Translations under genes and position numbers: made by a program
Notes under the pieces: generated by a model
What the model was told of the DNA's origin: nothing
Databases searched by the model: none
The model's input: the letters and a program-made list of their open reading frames with translations, nothing else
DNA from: Betaproteobacteria bacterium
GTDB lineage: Bacteria > Pseudomonadota > Gammaproteobacteria > Burkholderiales > Burkholderiaceae_A
Direction of reading: 5' to 3'
Assembly (NCBI GenBank): GCA_016868255.1
Contig: VGHN01000004.1
Span: 39,162 to 103,161 of the forward strand
Length of the DNA stretch: 64,000 bases
Shown here: positions 44,196 through 53,084 of the stretch, one piece after another
Layout: each line of letters opens with the position of its first letter
Numbering within the stretch: position 1 is the first letter of the stretch

Positions 44196-44214
44196 ATATG
44201 AATGGAAGGCCCAT

Positions 44215-44673
44215 ATGAGCGCGTCGGGCCCGTTGGCCTCCAGTTCAGCCGTTGTTCTGTTTACCGATGGCGCATGCAAGGGCAACCCAGGGCCGGGTGG
44301 CTGGGGTGTCTGGATGCAGTTCGGAGAGGCCGAACGAGAACTCTGTGGCGGTGAACCCGAGACCACCAACAACCGAATGGAGTTGCGAGCGGTGATCGAG
44401 GGACTCAATGCGCTCACGCGGTCCTGCCAGGTGGAGATTCACACCGACTCGCAGTATGTGAAAAACGGCATCGAGCAGTGGCTGCCCAATTGGAAGCGCA
44501 AGGGCTGGAAGACCGCAGCTGGCAAGCCGGTGGCCAACCAAGACCTCTGGCTTGCCCTTGAGTCGGCCTTGGCCCGACACACGGTGCGATGGTTTTGGGT
44601 CAAGGGCCATGCGGGCAATGCCGGCAATGAGCGCGCCGATGCGCTTGCCAATAAAGGTGTTCCACAGCGTTGA
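44215..44673 (+). CDS. rnhA: Ribonuclease HI
   Basis: [41 protein letters not shown]. Confidence 0.97.
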   Translation: MSASGPLASSSAVVLFTDGACKGNPGPGGWGVWMQFGEAERELCGGEPETTNNRMELRAVIEGLNALTRSCQVEIHTDSQYVKNGIEQWLPNWKRKGWKTAAGKPVANQDLWLALESALARHTVRWFWVKGHAGNAGNERADALANKGVPQR

Positions 44674-44732
44674 GACGCCAAAAAGACGAGAATAGGGGTT
44701 TGACCTAGGTTCTCAAGGAGTCATCCGCAGCC

Positions 44733-45866
44733 ATGCGACCTCGCATCCCCGAAATACCCGCCGGACTTCGTGGCAAGGTCGGGCCTCGCGCATGGGGCAT
44801 GATTGGAATCGCGATCCTCTTGGTGGGCCTTCTTATATGGAAGCAGGGATGGCACCCATGGGCGGGTCCCAAGGGGCCCAGCGGGCCACCGGTGGTGCCC
44901 GTGGAAGTGGGCCTCGTGCAGCAACGGGACATCGCTGAGACCCTCTCGGTGACCGGTGCTTTCCGCGCCATCGAGTCGGTCGATCTTCGACCCGAGATTG
45001 CGGGCCGCATTGCAGAGATTGGATTCAGAGACGGACAGCGCGTGGCCAAGGGCGCCTTGTTGATTCGTCTCGATGACAGCCTGGCCCGCGCCGAGTTCGC
45101 CCAGGCCGAGGCAGAAGCCGCGCTGGCGGAGTCCAATAACAAACGCGCACAAGACTTATTTGCTCGGCAGTTTATTAGCTCACGTGCACTCGATGAAGCC
45201 AAGGCCAATGCAGAGATTGCCGCAGCCAAGCGTGACCTCGCCAAGGCCCGCCTCAACAGAACGCGAATTGAGTCGCCTTTTGCAGGGGTTGTGGGCCTGC
45301 GGCAGCACAGCCCCGGCGATTATGTGAAGGACGGCGAGGTGGTTGCCGTTGTAGAAGACAGCTCTCGACTCTTCTTCGATTTCCGAGTGCCCGAACGCTT
45401 CCTTCGTGAGTTGCGTGTGGGGCAGGCCATTTCAATCGAGACCGAACAACTCCCCAAACCCGTCAAAGCCACCGTCTCTGCAATAGATGCCCGCGTTGAC
45501 GCCGAAGGCCGTTTCATTCAACTTCGTGCCGTGGTGGTCAACGAGAGTGGTGCCTTGAAGTCGGGCCTCTTCGCAAGGGCCAGGCTCTCGCTTGCAGAGA
45601 AACCTGCAGCACTCCTGGTCTCAGAAGAAGCACTCGTCGGCGAGCAGGCAGGCTTCTTTGTCTGGCGAGTGGTGGATGGCAAAGTCGAGAAGGTGCCAGT
45701 GAAGCTCGGTACTCGGCTTGAGAAAGAGGTCGAGGTGGTGTCGGGTCTCGCCAAAGACGACCAGGTTGTGATTGCCGGTCAACTCAAGATTCGCAGGCCC
45801 GGTCAGCCGGTGAAGATTCTGACGGCCCAGCCTGCGAAGGAAGGGCCCGGCCCTCTAAAAAAATGA
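44733..45866 (+). CDS. RND efflux periplasmic adaptor (MFP)
   Basis: N-terminal TM, lipoyl half-motifs (GQRVAKG), helical hairpin, SPFAGVVG. Confidence 0.92.
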   Translation: MRPRIPEIPAGLRGKVGPRAWGMIGIAILLVGLLIWKQGWHPWAGPKGPSGPPVVPVEVGLVQQRDIAETLSVTGAFRAIESVDLRPEIAGRIAEIGFRDGQRVAKGALLIRLDDSLARAEFAQAEAEAALAESNNKRAQDLFARQFISSRALDEAKANAEIAAAKRDLAKARLNRTRIESPFAGVVGLRQHSPGDYVKDGEVVAVVEDSSRLFFDFRVPERFLRELRVGQAISIETEQLPKPVKATVSAIDARVDAEGRFIQLRAVVVNESGALKSGLFARARLSLAEKPAALLVSEEALVGEQAGFFVWRVVDGKVEKVPVKLGTRLEKEVEVVSGLAKDDQVVIAGQLKIRRPGQPVKILTAQPAKEGPGPLKK

Positions 45867-48800
45867 GGCTCTCCGAGATTTGCATTGAGCGGCCGGTCTT
45901 TGCGACCGTGCTGTCGCTGGTCATCTCACTGATTGGCCTGGTGAGCCTGAGCAAACTCTCGGTTCGTGAGTACCCGAAGATCGACGAGCCGGCGGTCACG
46001 GTCAGCACCGATTACCGCGGGGCATCCCCAGAAATCATTGAGTCCCAGGTCACCAAGCCCCTTGAGGACTCCATCGCGGGAATCGAGGGCATTGAGGTGC
46101 TCACCTCGATCTCGCGTGCAGAACGATCTCAGATCACGGTGCGATTCAAACTCGATCGCGACCCCGACAGCGCGGCCTCGGACGTTCGCGACCGCGTGGC
46201 ACGTGTGCGCTCTCGACTGCCCGATGAGGTCAGCGATTCGGTGGTCTCGAAGGTCGAGGCCGATGCCCAGCCCATTATCTGGTTGACCTTCAACAGCGAG
46301 ACCCTGAGCCTGCTTGAACTCTCGGACCTCGCCAATCGAGTCGTCAAGCCTAGGCTCCAGACTCTTCCTGGTGCAGCCGATGTGCGAATTTTCGGTGACC
46401 GTCGATTTGCCATGCGCATCTGGGTCGATGCCCATCGACTCACTGCCAGAGGGCTCTCCATTCAAGATGTCGAAGAGGCCCTTCGTCGGCAGAACGTCGA
46501 GGTTCCTTCGGGGCTTATTGAGACCCCAGGCCGCGAGTTTTCCGTCATGGCCCCCACCGACCTTCAGACGCCCGAGGAGTTCGAGGGTATTGTTCTCAAG
46601 TCACCCCGTGGGTCTTCTGCGCTGGTGCGTCTGCGAGATGTCGCACGCATTGAGATTGCCCCCCAGGACGAGAAGCGCGTGGCGCGGTTTAAGGGGCGCA
46701 ACACCGTGGCCATGGGCGTGATCAAGCAGGCCACGGCCAATCCGCTCACGCTCTCATCGGCCGTGCAGAAGTCGCTGCCCAGCGTGCTGCAAGACCTGCC
46801 GTCGAGCGTTGACCTGCAGGTGGCCAACGATTACTCGGTGTTCATTGACCGATCGATCAAGGCGGTGATCATCACCATTCTCGAGGCGGTTCTGCTCGTG
46901 GGCTTGGTGGTCTTTGTGTTTCTCAAAAGCATGCGGGCCGCCATCATTCCCATCGTCACCATCCCCGTCTCGCTTATCACGGCCTTTGGCCTCATGTACG
47001 CCATGGGCTTCTCGGTCAATACCCTCACCCTGTTGGCCATGGTGCTGTCGATTGGCATCGTGGTCGATGACGCGATCGTGGTGCTTGAGAATATTTCTCG
47101 TCACATTGAAGAGGGCATGAAGCCCATTGCAGCGGCCATTCAGGGCATGAAGGAGATTAGCTTTGCAGTCGTGGCCATGACGCTTACCCTGGCTGCAGTC
47201 TTTGCACCCATGGCCTTTTCATCGGGCCGCACGGGTCGACTCTTCACTGAATTTGCCCTGACACTTGCAGGTGCGGTGCTTGTCTCTGGATTTGTCGCCC
47301 TGACACTCTCGCCCATGATGTGTTCGCGGCTGCTCGGCAAGAAGCCTCCACCCCCCGAGCAGGATCGTTGGCGCTGGGTCCATGAGAAGCTCGACCGCTT
47401 CGATGTCTTCTTCTCGGGGCTCGCGGCCCGTTACGCCAGCCTACTGTCCACCATCATTGAGAACCGCCGGCTCATCGCCATGGTGGGTGGGGGCGTTGCC
47501 ATTGTGGGCATTGGCTTTTTCCTTCTGGTGAAGAAGGAACTCACGCCGGTGGAAGACCGTGGCTTTCTGGTCTCCATCATCTCTGCCCCGCAGGGCAGTT
47601 CCATCGATTACACCGCCCGCTACTCCTTGCGGCTCGAGGCCATTTTCGAGAAGGTCCCCGAGGTCGACAAGTTTCTTGTGATTGCCGGCACGCCAACCGT
47701 AGACAAGGGCATTGCCTTCCTGCGTCCGGTGCCGTGGGAGGACCGCAGTCGAAGCACCCAGGAGATTGCCAAGCAGATTCAGCCGCAGGCCCTCTCCATT
47801 CCGGGGGTGAATGCCTTTGTCGTCACGCCCCCATCGCTGGGTCAGAACATACGTTCCCAGCCCATTGAGGTGGTTGTGCTCTCGTCGGCCGAGATTCCCG
47901 AGATGGCCGCAGTCACTGAGCAACTGCGACAGGAGTTATTGAAGAACCCCATGCTGCAGGGAGTCGACACCGATCTTCAGATCACCAAGCCCGAGTTTCG
48001 ACTCGAGGTGGACCGCGAGCGTGCGGCCGACCTCGGCGTTCAGGTAGAGGCCATTGGCCGCACCCTAGAGACCCTTCTGGGTGGCCGACAGATCACCCGC
48101 TTCAAGCGTGGCAATGAGCAATACGATGTGATTGTTCAGCTCTCGCCCGAAGGCCGCAGCACGCCCGATGATATTCGGTCACTCTATGTCCGCGGCCGCG
48201 ATGGTCAACTGGTCTCGCTCGCAAGTCTGGTGCGTGTCTCGGAGACCGTTGCACCCAGAGAACTCAATCACTTCATGCAGCAACGGGCGGTGACCATCAC
48301 ATCCAACCTGGCACCGGGGGCCACCCTTGCCGAGGCGCTCGACTCCATCGAGGACACGGCACGAAGGGTCCTGCCCTCAGACTACCAGCTCGATTACAAC
48401 GGCCAATCCCGCGAATACCGAGACTCCCAGTCGACCATCGTCTTTGTTTTCATCTTGGCCCTGCTTTTCATCTATCTCGTGTTGGCCGCCCAGTTTGAGA
48501 GTTTTGTTTACCCGCTGGTGATTCTTGTGACTGTTCCGCTGGCACTGGCCGGCGCACTGCTCACCATCTGGCTCACACAGGGCTCGCTCAATGTCTATTC
48601 GCAGATTGGCCTCATTGCGCTCATCGGGCTGATCACGAAGAACGGCATTCTGATTGTTGAATTTGCCAATCAGCTTCGCGGAGAGGGCATGGATGTTCTC
48701 GCTGCGACCCTCAAGGCGACAGCCCTTCGTTTTCGACCGATAATCATGACCACCATCTCCACCGTCTGCGGTGCGCTGCCACTGGCATTGGCCTCCGGCC

Positions 48801-48949
48801 CCGGTGCAGAGAGTCGACAGGAGATTGGCTGGGTCATTGTCGGAGGCATGAGCATGGGAACCCTGCTCACCCTCTTTGTTCTGCCAACCATTTATGCCTG
48901 GGTAGCCTCATGCGAGTCGTCGTTCTCGACACGGAAACAACCGGCCTAA
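45863..48949 (+). CDS. RND efflux permease (AcrB/MexW-like)
   Basis: RPVFA, IGIVVDDAIVVLENI, GLITKNGILIVEFA, RFRPIIMT; 1028 aa. Confidence 0.95.
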   Translation: MRLSEICIERPVFATVLSLVISLIGLVSLSKLSVREYPKIDEPAVTVSTDYRGASPEIIESQVTKPLEDSIAGIEGIEVLTSISRAERSQITVRFKLDRDPDSAASDVRDRVARVRSRLPDEVSDSVVSKVEADAQPIIWLTFNSETLSLLELSDLANRVVKPRLQTLPGAADVRIFGDRRFAMRIWVDAHRLTARGLSIQDVEEALRRQNVEVPSGLIETPGREFSVMAPTDLQTPEEFEGIVLKSPRGSSALVRLRDVARIEIAPQDEKRVARFKGRNTVAMGVIKQATANPLTLSSAVQKSLPSVLQDLPSSVDLQVANDYSVFIDRSIKAVIITILEAVLLVGLVVFVFLKSMRAAIIPIVTIPVSLITAFGLMYAMGFSVNTLTLLAMVLSIGIVVDDAIVVLENISRHIEEGMKPIAAAIQGMKEISFAVVAMTLTLAAVFAPMAFSSGRTGRLFTEFALTLAGAVLVSGFVALTLSPMMCSRLLGKKPPPPEQDRWRWVHEKLDRFDVFFSGLAARYASLLSTIIENRRLIAMVGGGVAIVGIGFFLLVKKELTPVEDRGFLVSIISAPQGSSIDYTARYSLRLEAIFEKVPEVDKFLVIAGTPTVDKGIAFLRPVPWEDRSRSTQEIAKQIQPQALSIPGVNAFVVTPPSLGQNIRSQPIEVVVLSSAEIPEMAAVTEQLRQELLKNPMLQGVDTDLQITKPEFRLEVDRERAADLGVQVEAIGRTLETLLGGRQITRFKRGNEQYDVIVQLSPEGRSTPDDIRSLYVRGRDGQLVSLASLVRVSETVAPRELNHFMQQRAVTITSNLAPGATLAEALDSIEDTARRVLPSDYQLDYNGQSREYRDSQSTIVFVFILALLFIYLVLAAQFESFVYPLVILVTVPLALAGALLTIWLTQGSLNVYSQIGLIALIGLITKNGILIVEFANQLRGEGMDVLAATLKATALRFRPIIMTTISTVCGALPLALASGPGAESRQEIGWVIVGGMSMGTLLTLFVLPTIYAWVASCESSFSTRKQPA

Positions 48950-49644
48950 GAGTCGAAGACGGCCATCGCATTATTGAGATTGGCTGTCTGGAGTTAATCA
49001 ACCGCCGCCCCTCGGGTCGGCGCTTTCATGAGCTCATCAACCCCGAGCGCGAGATCGAGGCCGGGGCCACCGAGGTCCACGGATTCCGTCTTCAAGACCT
49101 CGAAGACAAACCCCTCTTCGCAAGCGTGGCGGAGCGTTTCATCTCGTTTGTCGAGGGCGCCCAGATCCTGATTCACAACGCACCGTTCGATACCGGATTT
49201 ATCAATGCCGAGCTTGCGCGAATGGGTCGGCCGCCCCTCGAGTCCATCGCTGCAGAGGTGGTCGACACCCTGCGAATGGCCAGGGATCTGCATCCGGGTC
49301 AACGCAATTCGCTCGATGCCCTTTGTCAGCGATATGGGGTGAACAATACCCACCGCCTATTGCATGGCGCCCTGCTCGATGCAGAGCTGCTTGCCGAGGT
49401 CTGGCTTGCTATGACCCGCGGACAAGACAGCCTCGATATTCAAGTCTCCCGAGGCGATGCCGATTCGGAAGCGAATGCCATTGACTTGGCAGCCTTGAAT
49501 CTTCCTGTGGTGCAGCCCAGTGCAGAGGAGTGGGCGGCCCACGAGAGGATCATGGACGAGATTGCCAAAGAGTGTGGTGGCACCCCGATCTGGCGTCGAG
49601 AGGCCCCGCAAAAGGGCCAAGACCCGAATGAGGTGGCTGCGTGA
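48910..49644 (+). CDS. dnaQ: DNA polymerase III epsilon subunit
   Basis: LDTETTG, HNAPFD, NSLDALC, HGALLDA, MTRGQ. Confidence 0.96.
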   Translation: MRVVVLDTETTGLRVEDGHRIIEIGCLELINRRPSGRRFHELINPEREIEAGATEVHGFRLQDLEDKPLFASVAERFISFVEGAQILIHNAPFDTGFINAELARMGRPPLESIAAEVVDTLRMARDLHPGQRNSLDALCQRYGVNNTHRLLHGALLDAELLAEVWLAMTRGQDSLDIQVSRGDADSEANAIDLAALNLPVVQPSAEEWAAHERIMDEIAKECGGTPIWRREAPQKGQDPNEVAA

Positions 49645-49964
49645 GTGCCCTTCAACTGACCCTGCAGAGGGCTGGGAAGAGCTATGCGCTCACGGCCGAG
49701 TCGGTTCTGCGGATCGTCCCTATGTCACAGGTTGAGTTGCTGACCATTGGCCCACTGGCCACTGGCATCGCCGCGGGATATGCTGTTTTGGTTCGCGAGC
49801 CCGACACCACCTTCACCGCCGAACCCGAGGAGTCTCGTCGGTCTCGAAGCGCAACACTGCATGAGCGGCCTGCCGACTATCTCGTGATTACCAAGTCCAA
49901 TGGCGATCTTCGAGAGGCCTATTGGGCAGATCGAATAGACTGGAGTCCCGATGAGCCTGCCTAA
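49641..49964 (+). CDS. Hypothetical protein, degenerate CheW-like
   Basis: GTGA overlap with dnaQ; YALTAESVLRIVP and YLVI...AYWADRI resemble CheW strands (by eye). Confidence 0.6.
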   Translation: MSALQLTLQRAGKSYALTAESVLRIVPMSQVELLTIGPLATGIAAGYAVLVREPDTTFTAEPEESRRSRSATLHERPADYLVITKSNGDLREAYWADRIDWSPDEPA

Positions 49965-50886
49965 TTCCGACGATCCTGTTTTCAACGAAGCCGCCGAGCG
50001 CCTGAGCTTCAGGGCCAAGCGCGCGCACCGCGTGTTGTTGCTCTCGGTGGCCTGCCTGCTGGCGGGCCTGGGCATGCACGCAACCGACACCTATTGGCTT
50101 CCACCACAGACCGGCGCAACCGGGCTTCATGCCAGTTTCTGGGTCTGGCTGGGCGGCATATTGCAGTCCATGGCAGAGCCCTCGCTGCGCGCCATTCGCA
50201 TTGTCGAGGGATGGATGTCCACCGGCGTTCCTGGCCTGGTGATCTGGGGCCCGATTGCCGTGGGGGTGCTCCTTGTTGCGCTCATTGACCTCGCCATGGT
50301 GGCGGTTGCGGTTCGACGCCTTCTGGCCAGTCGGTCGGTGGCGGGTCATTTGATTGCGCCGCATCTTGGCGGTGTGAATCTCAGTGGTGCGAGTCAGACC
50401 GGAGATCTCCCTTCGCTGGCTGCGCCTGCAGTCGATTCGAGTGCCGCAGGCTCCGAGCCCACCCTTGCGGCGGAGTCGGCCAAGGCGGAGGGTGGGTCCA
50501 CCGTCAACGCTGAGGCCACATCCGAGGAGGGTGCAGTCGCCGCATCGAGCGCAAGCGAGCCCTCGGGAGAGACCGCTGCCTCGACCAATACCGCTTCAAC
50601 GCCCCCCGAGGCCGACGCGGCCAAGCCACTGCCGAGCACCATCGAGGAGATGGAGACCCGCCTCTTTGATTCAGAGAAGGTTCTTGAGCAGGCCCTCTCC
50701 GATCTCAAGGAGATGCGTCAGAACGTGCTTAACCTGAGTCTGGACCCCGACGGCCCCAATCGCGAGGAGGACCTCGCCGAGGCCCGGGCCGCACTCGATC
50801 GCACGGAAGACGCCCTGGCCAGGGTCCGTGGTCAGCAGCACTCCATGATTGCTGGCCTCGTCAACGTCTCGCGACATGTCCGTTAA
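49951..50886 (+). CDS. Hypothetical membrane protein with Ala/Ser/Glu linker and C-terminal coiled coil (MCP-like topology)
   Basis: 2-3 hydrophobic segments, low-complexity linker, heptad-like helices; overlaps neighbours. Confidence 0.6.
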   Translation: MSLPNSDDPVFNEAAERLSFRAKRAHRVLLLSVACLLAGLGMHATDTYWLPPQTGATGLHASFWVWLGGILQSMAEPSLRAIRIVEGWMSTGVPGLVIWGPIAVGVLLVALIDLAMVAVAVRRLLASRSVAGHLIAPHLGGVNLSGASQTGDLPSLAAPAVDSSAAGSEPTLAAESAKAEGGSTVNAEATSEEGAVAASSASEPSGETAASTNTASTPPEADAAKPLPSTIEEMETRLFDSEKVLEQALSDLKEMRQNVLNLSLDPDGPNREEDLAEARAALDRTEDALARVRGQQHSMIAGLVNVSRHVR

Positions 50887-51658
50887 CCAAAACGTCACCG
50901 AGGCACTCGACAGCCTTCTTGCGGGCCTCGACAGCCTGCGTGCCGAGAGGGCCGCGGCCGATCTTCGTGGAACCGAGATGCTTCCCGTGGTGACTTCGGT
51001 GGCCGCGCCCGCACCCACCCAGACCAACCCCGTGCCGCGCCCAAGCACCGGCCAGAGCATGCAGGCGCGTGCGGTGCCCAAGCGCCCCGATGCGCTCGAT
51101 GCACCGCGTCTCATCGCGGCACTTGCCGCGGCCTCGCATCTGCCCGAGACTCAGTTGGATTTGCGGCGAAGCGGCCTCAACCTTCTCAAGCGCCTCTTTC
51201 GTCAGCGTGCGGTCTCCATTCCACGAATACACGATTCCGCGCCGGGCCTTCGGGTCTCTCCTCGCATGGCAGCCCTACTGGCAAAACTTCCCCCTGGCCA
51301 TGTCTGCGCGGTCGAGCACCAGGCACAAGAGGTCCTCTATCTCCAGCCGCGATCCACAGAGATCGATTCAGCCGAGACGTTGGTGGCGGTGGTAGTCGGT
51401 GCTGCACCTGTGGGGGCCGTGGCCAAGCCGGGCCCCTGTACCGATGAAATGGTGAGTGTTCGGCTGCCCAAGTGGCCCGAGTTCTGCCGTTGCAATTCGC
51501 ATGAATTGGGCGGCGTGGTCTTGGCCGATGATAAAACTGCACTTCCTGCTGTGGCCGTCTGGCTCGACGAAGGATTTGAGTCGGCCCCGGGGCTCTTGGG
51601 CTCGGCCTGGCTCGATGGCCAGACCCCCAGGCCGCTCTACGCCAGCATTGGCGACTAG
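50876..51658 (+). CDS. Hypothetical protein, degenerate mini-CheA-like
   Basis: MQARAVP...PRL...ETQLD and AVAVWLDE...PGLLGSAWLDG resemble CheA P3/P4 junction and P5; no kinase boxes. Confidence 0.55.
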   Translation: MSVNQNVTEALDSLLAGLDSLRAERAAADLRGTEMLPVVTSVAAPAPTQTNPVPRPSTGQSMQARAVPKRPDALDAPRLIAALAAASHLPETQLDLRRSGLNLLKRLFRQRAVSIPRIHDSAPGLRVSPRMAALLAKLPPGHVCAVEHQAQEVLYLQPRSTEIDSAETLVAVVVGAAPVGAVAKPGPCTDEMVSVRLPKWPEFCRCNSHELGGVVLADDKTALPAVAVWLDEGFESAPGLLGSAWLDGQTPRPLYASIGD

Positions 51659-53064
51659 AGGGTCTTGATCAGAATCTGTGAGCGGCGGTCCCAGTTGTAG
51701 CCAGCCTGGCGCTCTTGCGGCAGTTCATCGACCTTCGCCACCCGAAACCCGCGTTTCATAAACCAGTGAGTGGTTCGCGTGGTGAGAACGAAGATGCTCT
51801 GCAGTCCGGCCGCACGCGCCTGCGATTCAATGCTCTTCAGAAGGCGTTCGCCGTCGCCCTTTTCACGGGTGTCTGATCGAACCATGAGGCTGGCGAGTTC
51901 GCCCATGGTGGATTCGCCGTATTGATACAGCGCGGCGCAGCCGAAAATCAAACCGTCATGCTCGATGACCGTGAAGCGATCGATGTCACGCTCGATGGTG
52001 GCGCGGCCGCGGGCCACCAAGGTGCCATCCGCCTCAAGGGGCTCGAGCAGCGAAGCGATTGCCGCCACATCATCGACATTCGCGGGCCGCAATGCCTCCA
52101 GCGTTTCTTCTACCAGCATGAGCCCCACACCATCGTGCGTGAAGAGCTCCATGAGAAGAGCGCCATCGAGTTGATACGGAACAATGTGGGCACGGGCCAC
52201 GCCGCCTCGGCATGCTCGCAAGGCATGGCTCAAGGTGAAGGCAGCATTCTCACCGAGCTGGCCCAGGGCAAGTAGTTGTTCGGCCTGCTCTTCGGATATC
52301 TCTCCCATCCCCTGCTGGCGCGCCTGCGGCATGCCCGATTCGTCGGTGAGGAATATGAGTTTGTCTGCGTCCAGGGCAATGGCAACACTGGTGGCAACGT
52401 CTTCGAGCGTGAGGTTGAAGGCCTCGCCAGTGGGTGAGAAACCCAGTGGGGGGAGAAGAACAATCGAGCCGCTGAGCAGGGCCTGGCGAATGGAGTCTGA
52501 CTCGACCCTCCGAACAAAGCCGGTGTGTTCGAAATCAACGCCGTCGATGATGCCCACGGGCCGTGCAGTCACGAAGTTGCCACTGATAATGCGCACCCTG
52601 GAATTGCCCATGGGTGTATTGGGAAGGCCGGCCGAGAAGGCCGCCTCGATATCAAGGCGCAACTCGCCTGCGGCCTCTTTGGCGCACTCGAGAGCGGAGC
52701 GATCGGTGATACGCATGCCATGGCTGTAGGCATCGGCGATTTGCCGCAGTCGCAACTGCTCCTCAACCTGAGGTCGCGAACCATAGGCCAAAACAATTCG
52801 CATTCCCATGGCCTGCAACAGCGCAAGATCATGAACCAGTGACTCCAGGCTATTGTCGATCACCAACTCACCAGGGAAGGCCACGACAAATGTCTTGTTG
52901 CGAAACGCGTGGATGTATGGCGCAACGCTGCGCAGCCAATTGACAAAGGCAGCTCGCTCCGCAACGGTGCCGATCGCCGCAATAGCGGGACCCGCCGATG
53001 CCTCGGGCTCGGGCAGAGGTTCGATGGGATCGGTGCGTGGCATTGTGGGTTTGGCTCGTGACAT
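51655..53064 (-). CDS. argA: Amino-acid N-acetyltransferase
   Basis: FVNWLRSVAPYIHAFRNKTFV, AAK domain + GNAT (FVLTTRTTHWF..RGF). Confidence 0.96.
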   Translation of the reverse strand: MSRAKPTMPRTDPIEPLPEPEASAGPAIAAIGTVAERAAFVNWLRSVAPYIHAFRNKTFVVAFPGELVIDNSLESLVHDLALLQAMGMRIVLAYGSRPQVEEQLRLRQIADAYSHGMRITDRSALECAKEAAGELRLDIEAAFSAGLPNTPMGNSRVRIISGNFVTARPVGIIDGVDFEHTGFVRRVESDSIRQALLSGSIVLLPPLGFSPTGEAFNLTLEDVATSVAIALDADKLIFLTDESGMPQARQQGMGEISEEQAEQLLALGQLGENAAFTLSHALRACRGGVARAHIVPYQLDGALLMELFTHDGVGLMLVEETLEALRPANVDDVAAIASLLEPLEADGTLVARGRATIERDIDRFTVIEHDGLIFGCAALYQYGESTMGELASLMVRSDTREKGDGERLLKSIESQARAAGLQSIFVLTTRTTHWFMKRGFRVAKVDELPQERQAGYNWDRRSQILIKTL

Positions 53065-53070
53065 CAACTC

Positions 53071-53078
53071 ATTATAAT
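53071..53078. promoter_or_regulatory. Palindromic bidirectional -10 element (ATTATAAT)
   Basis: TATAAT on both strands, each 6 nt before the argA ATG (53064) and hrpA GTG (53085). Confidence 0.65.
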
Positions 53079-53084
53079 TTTCTT

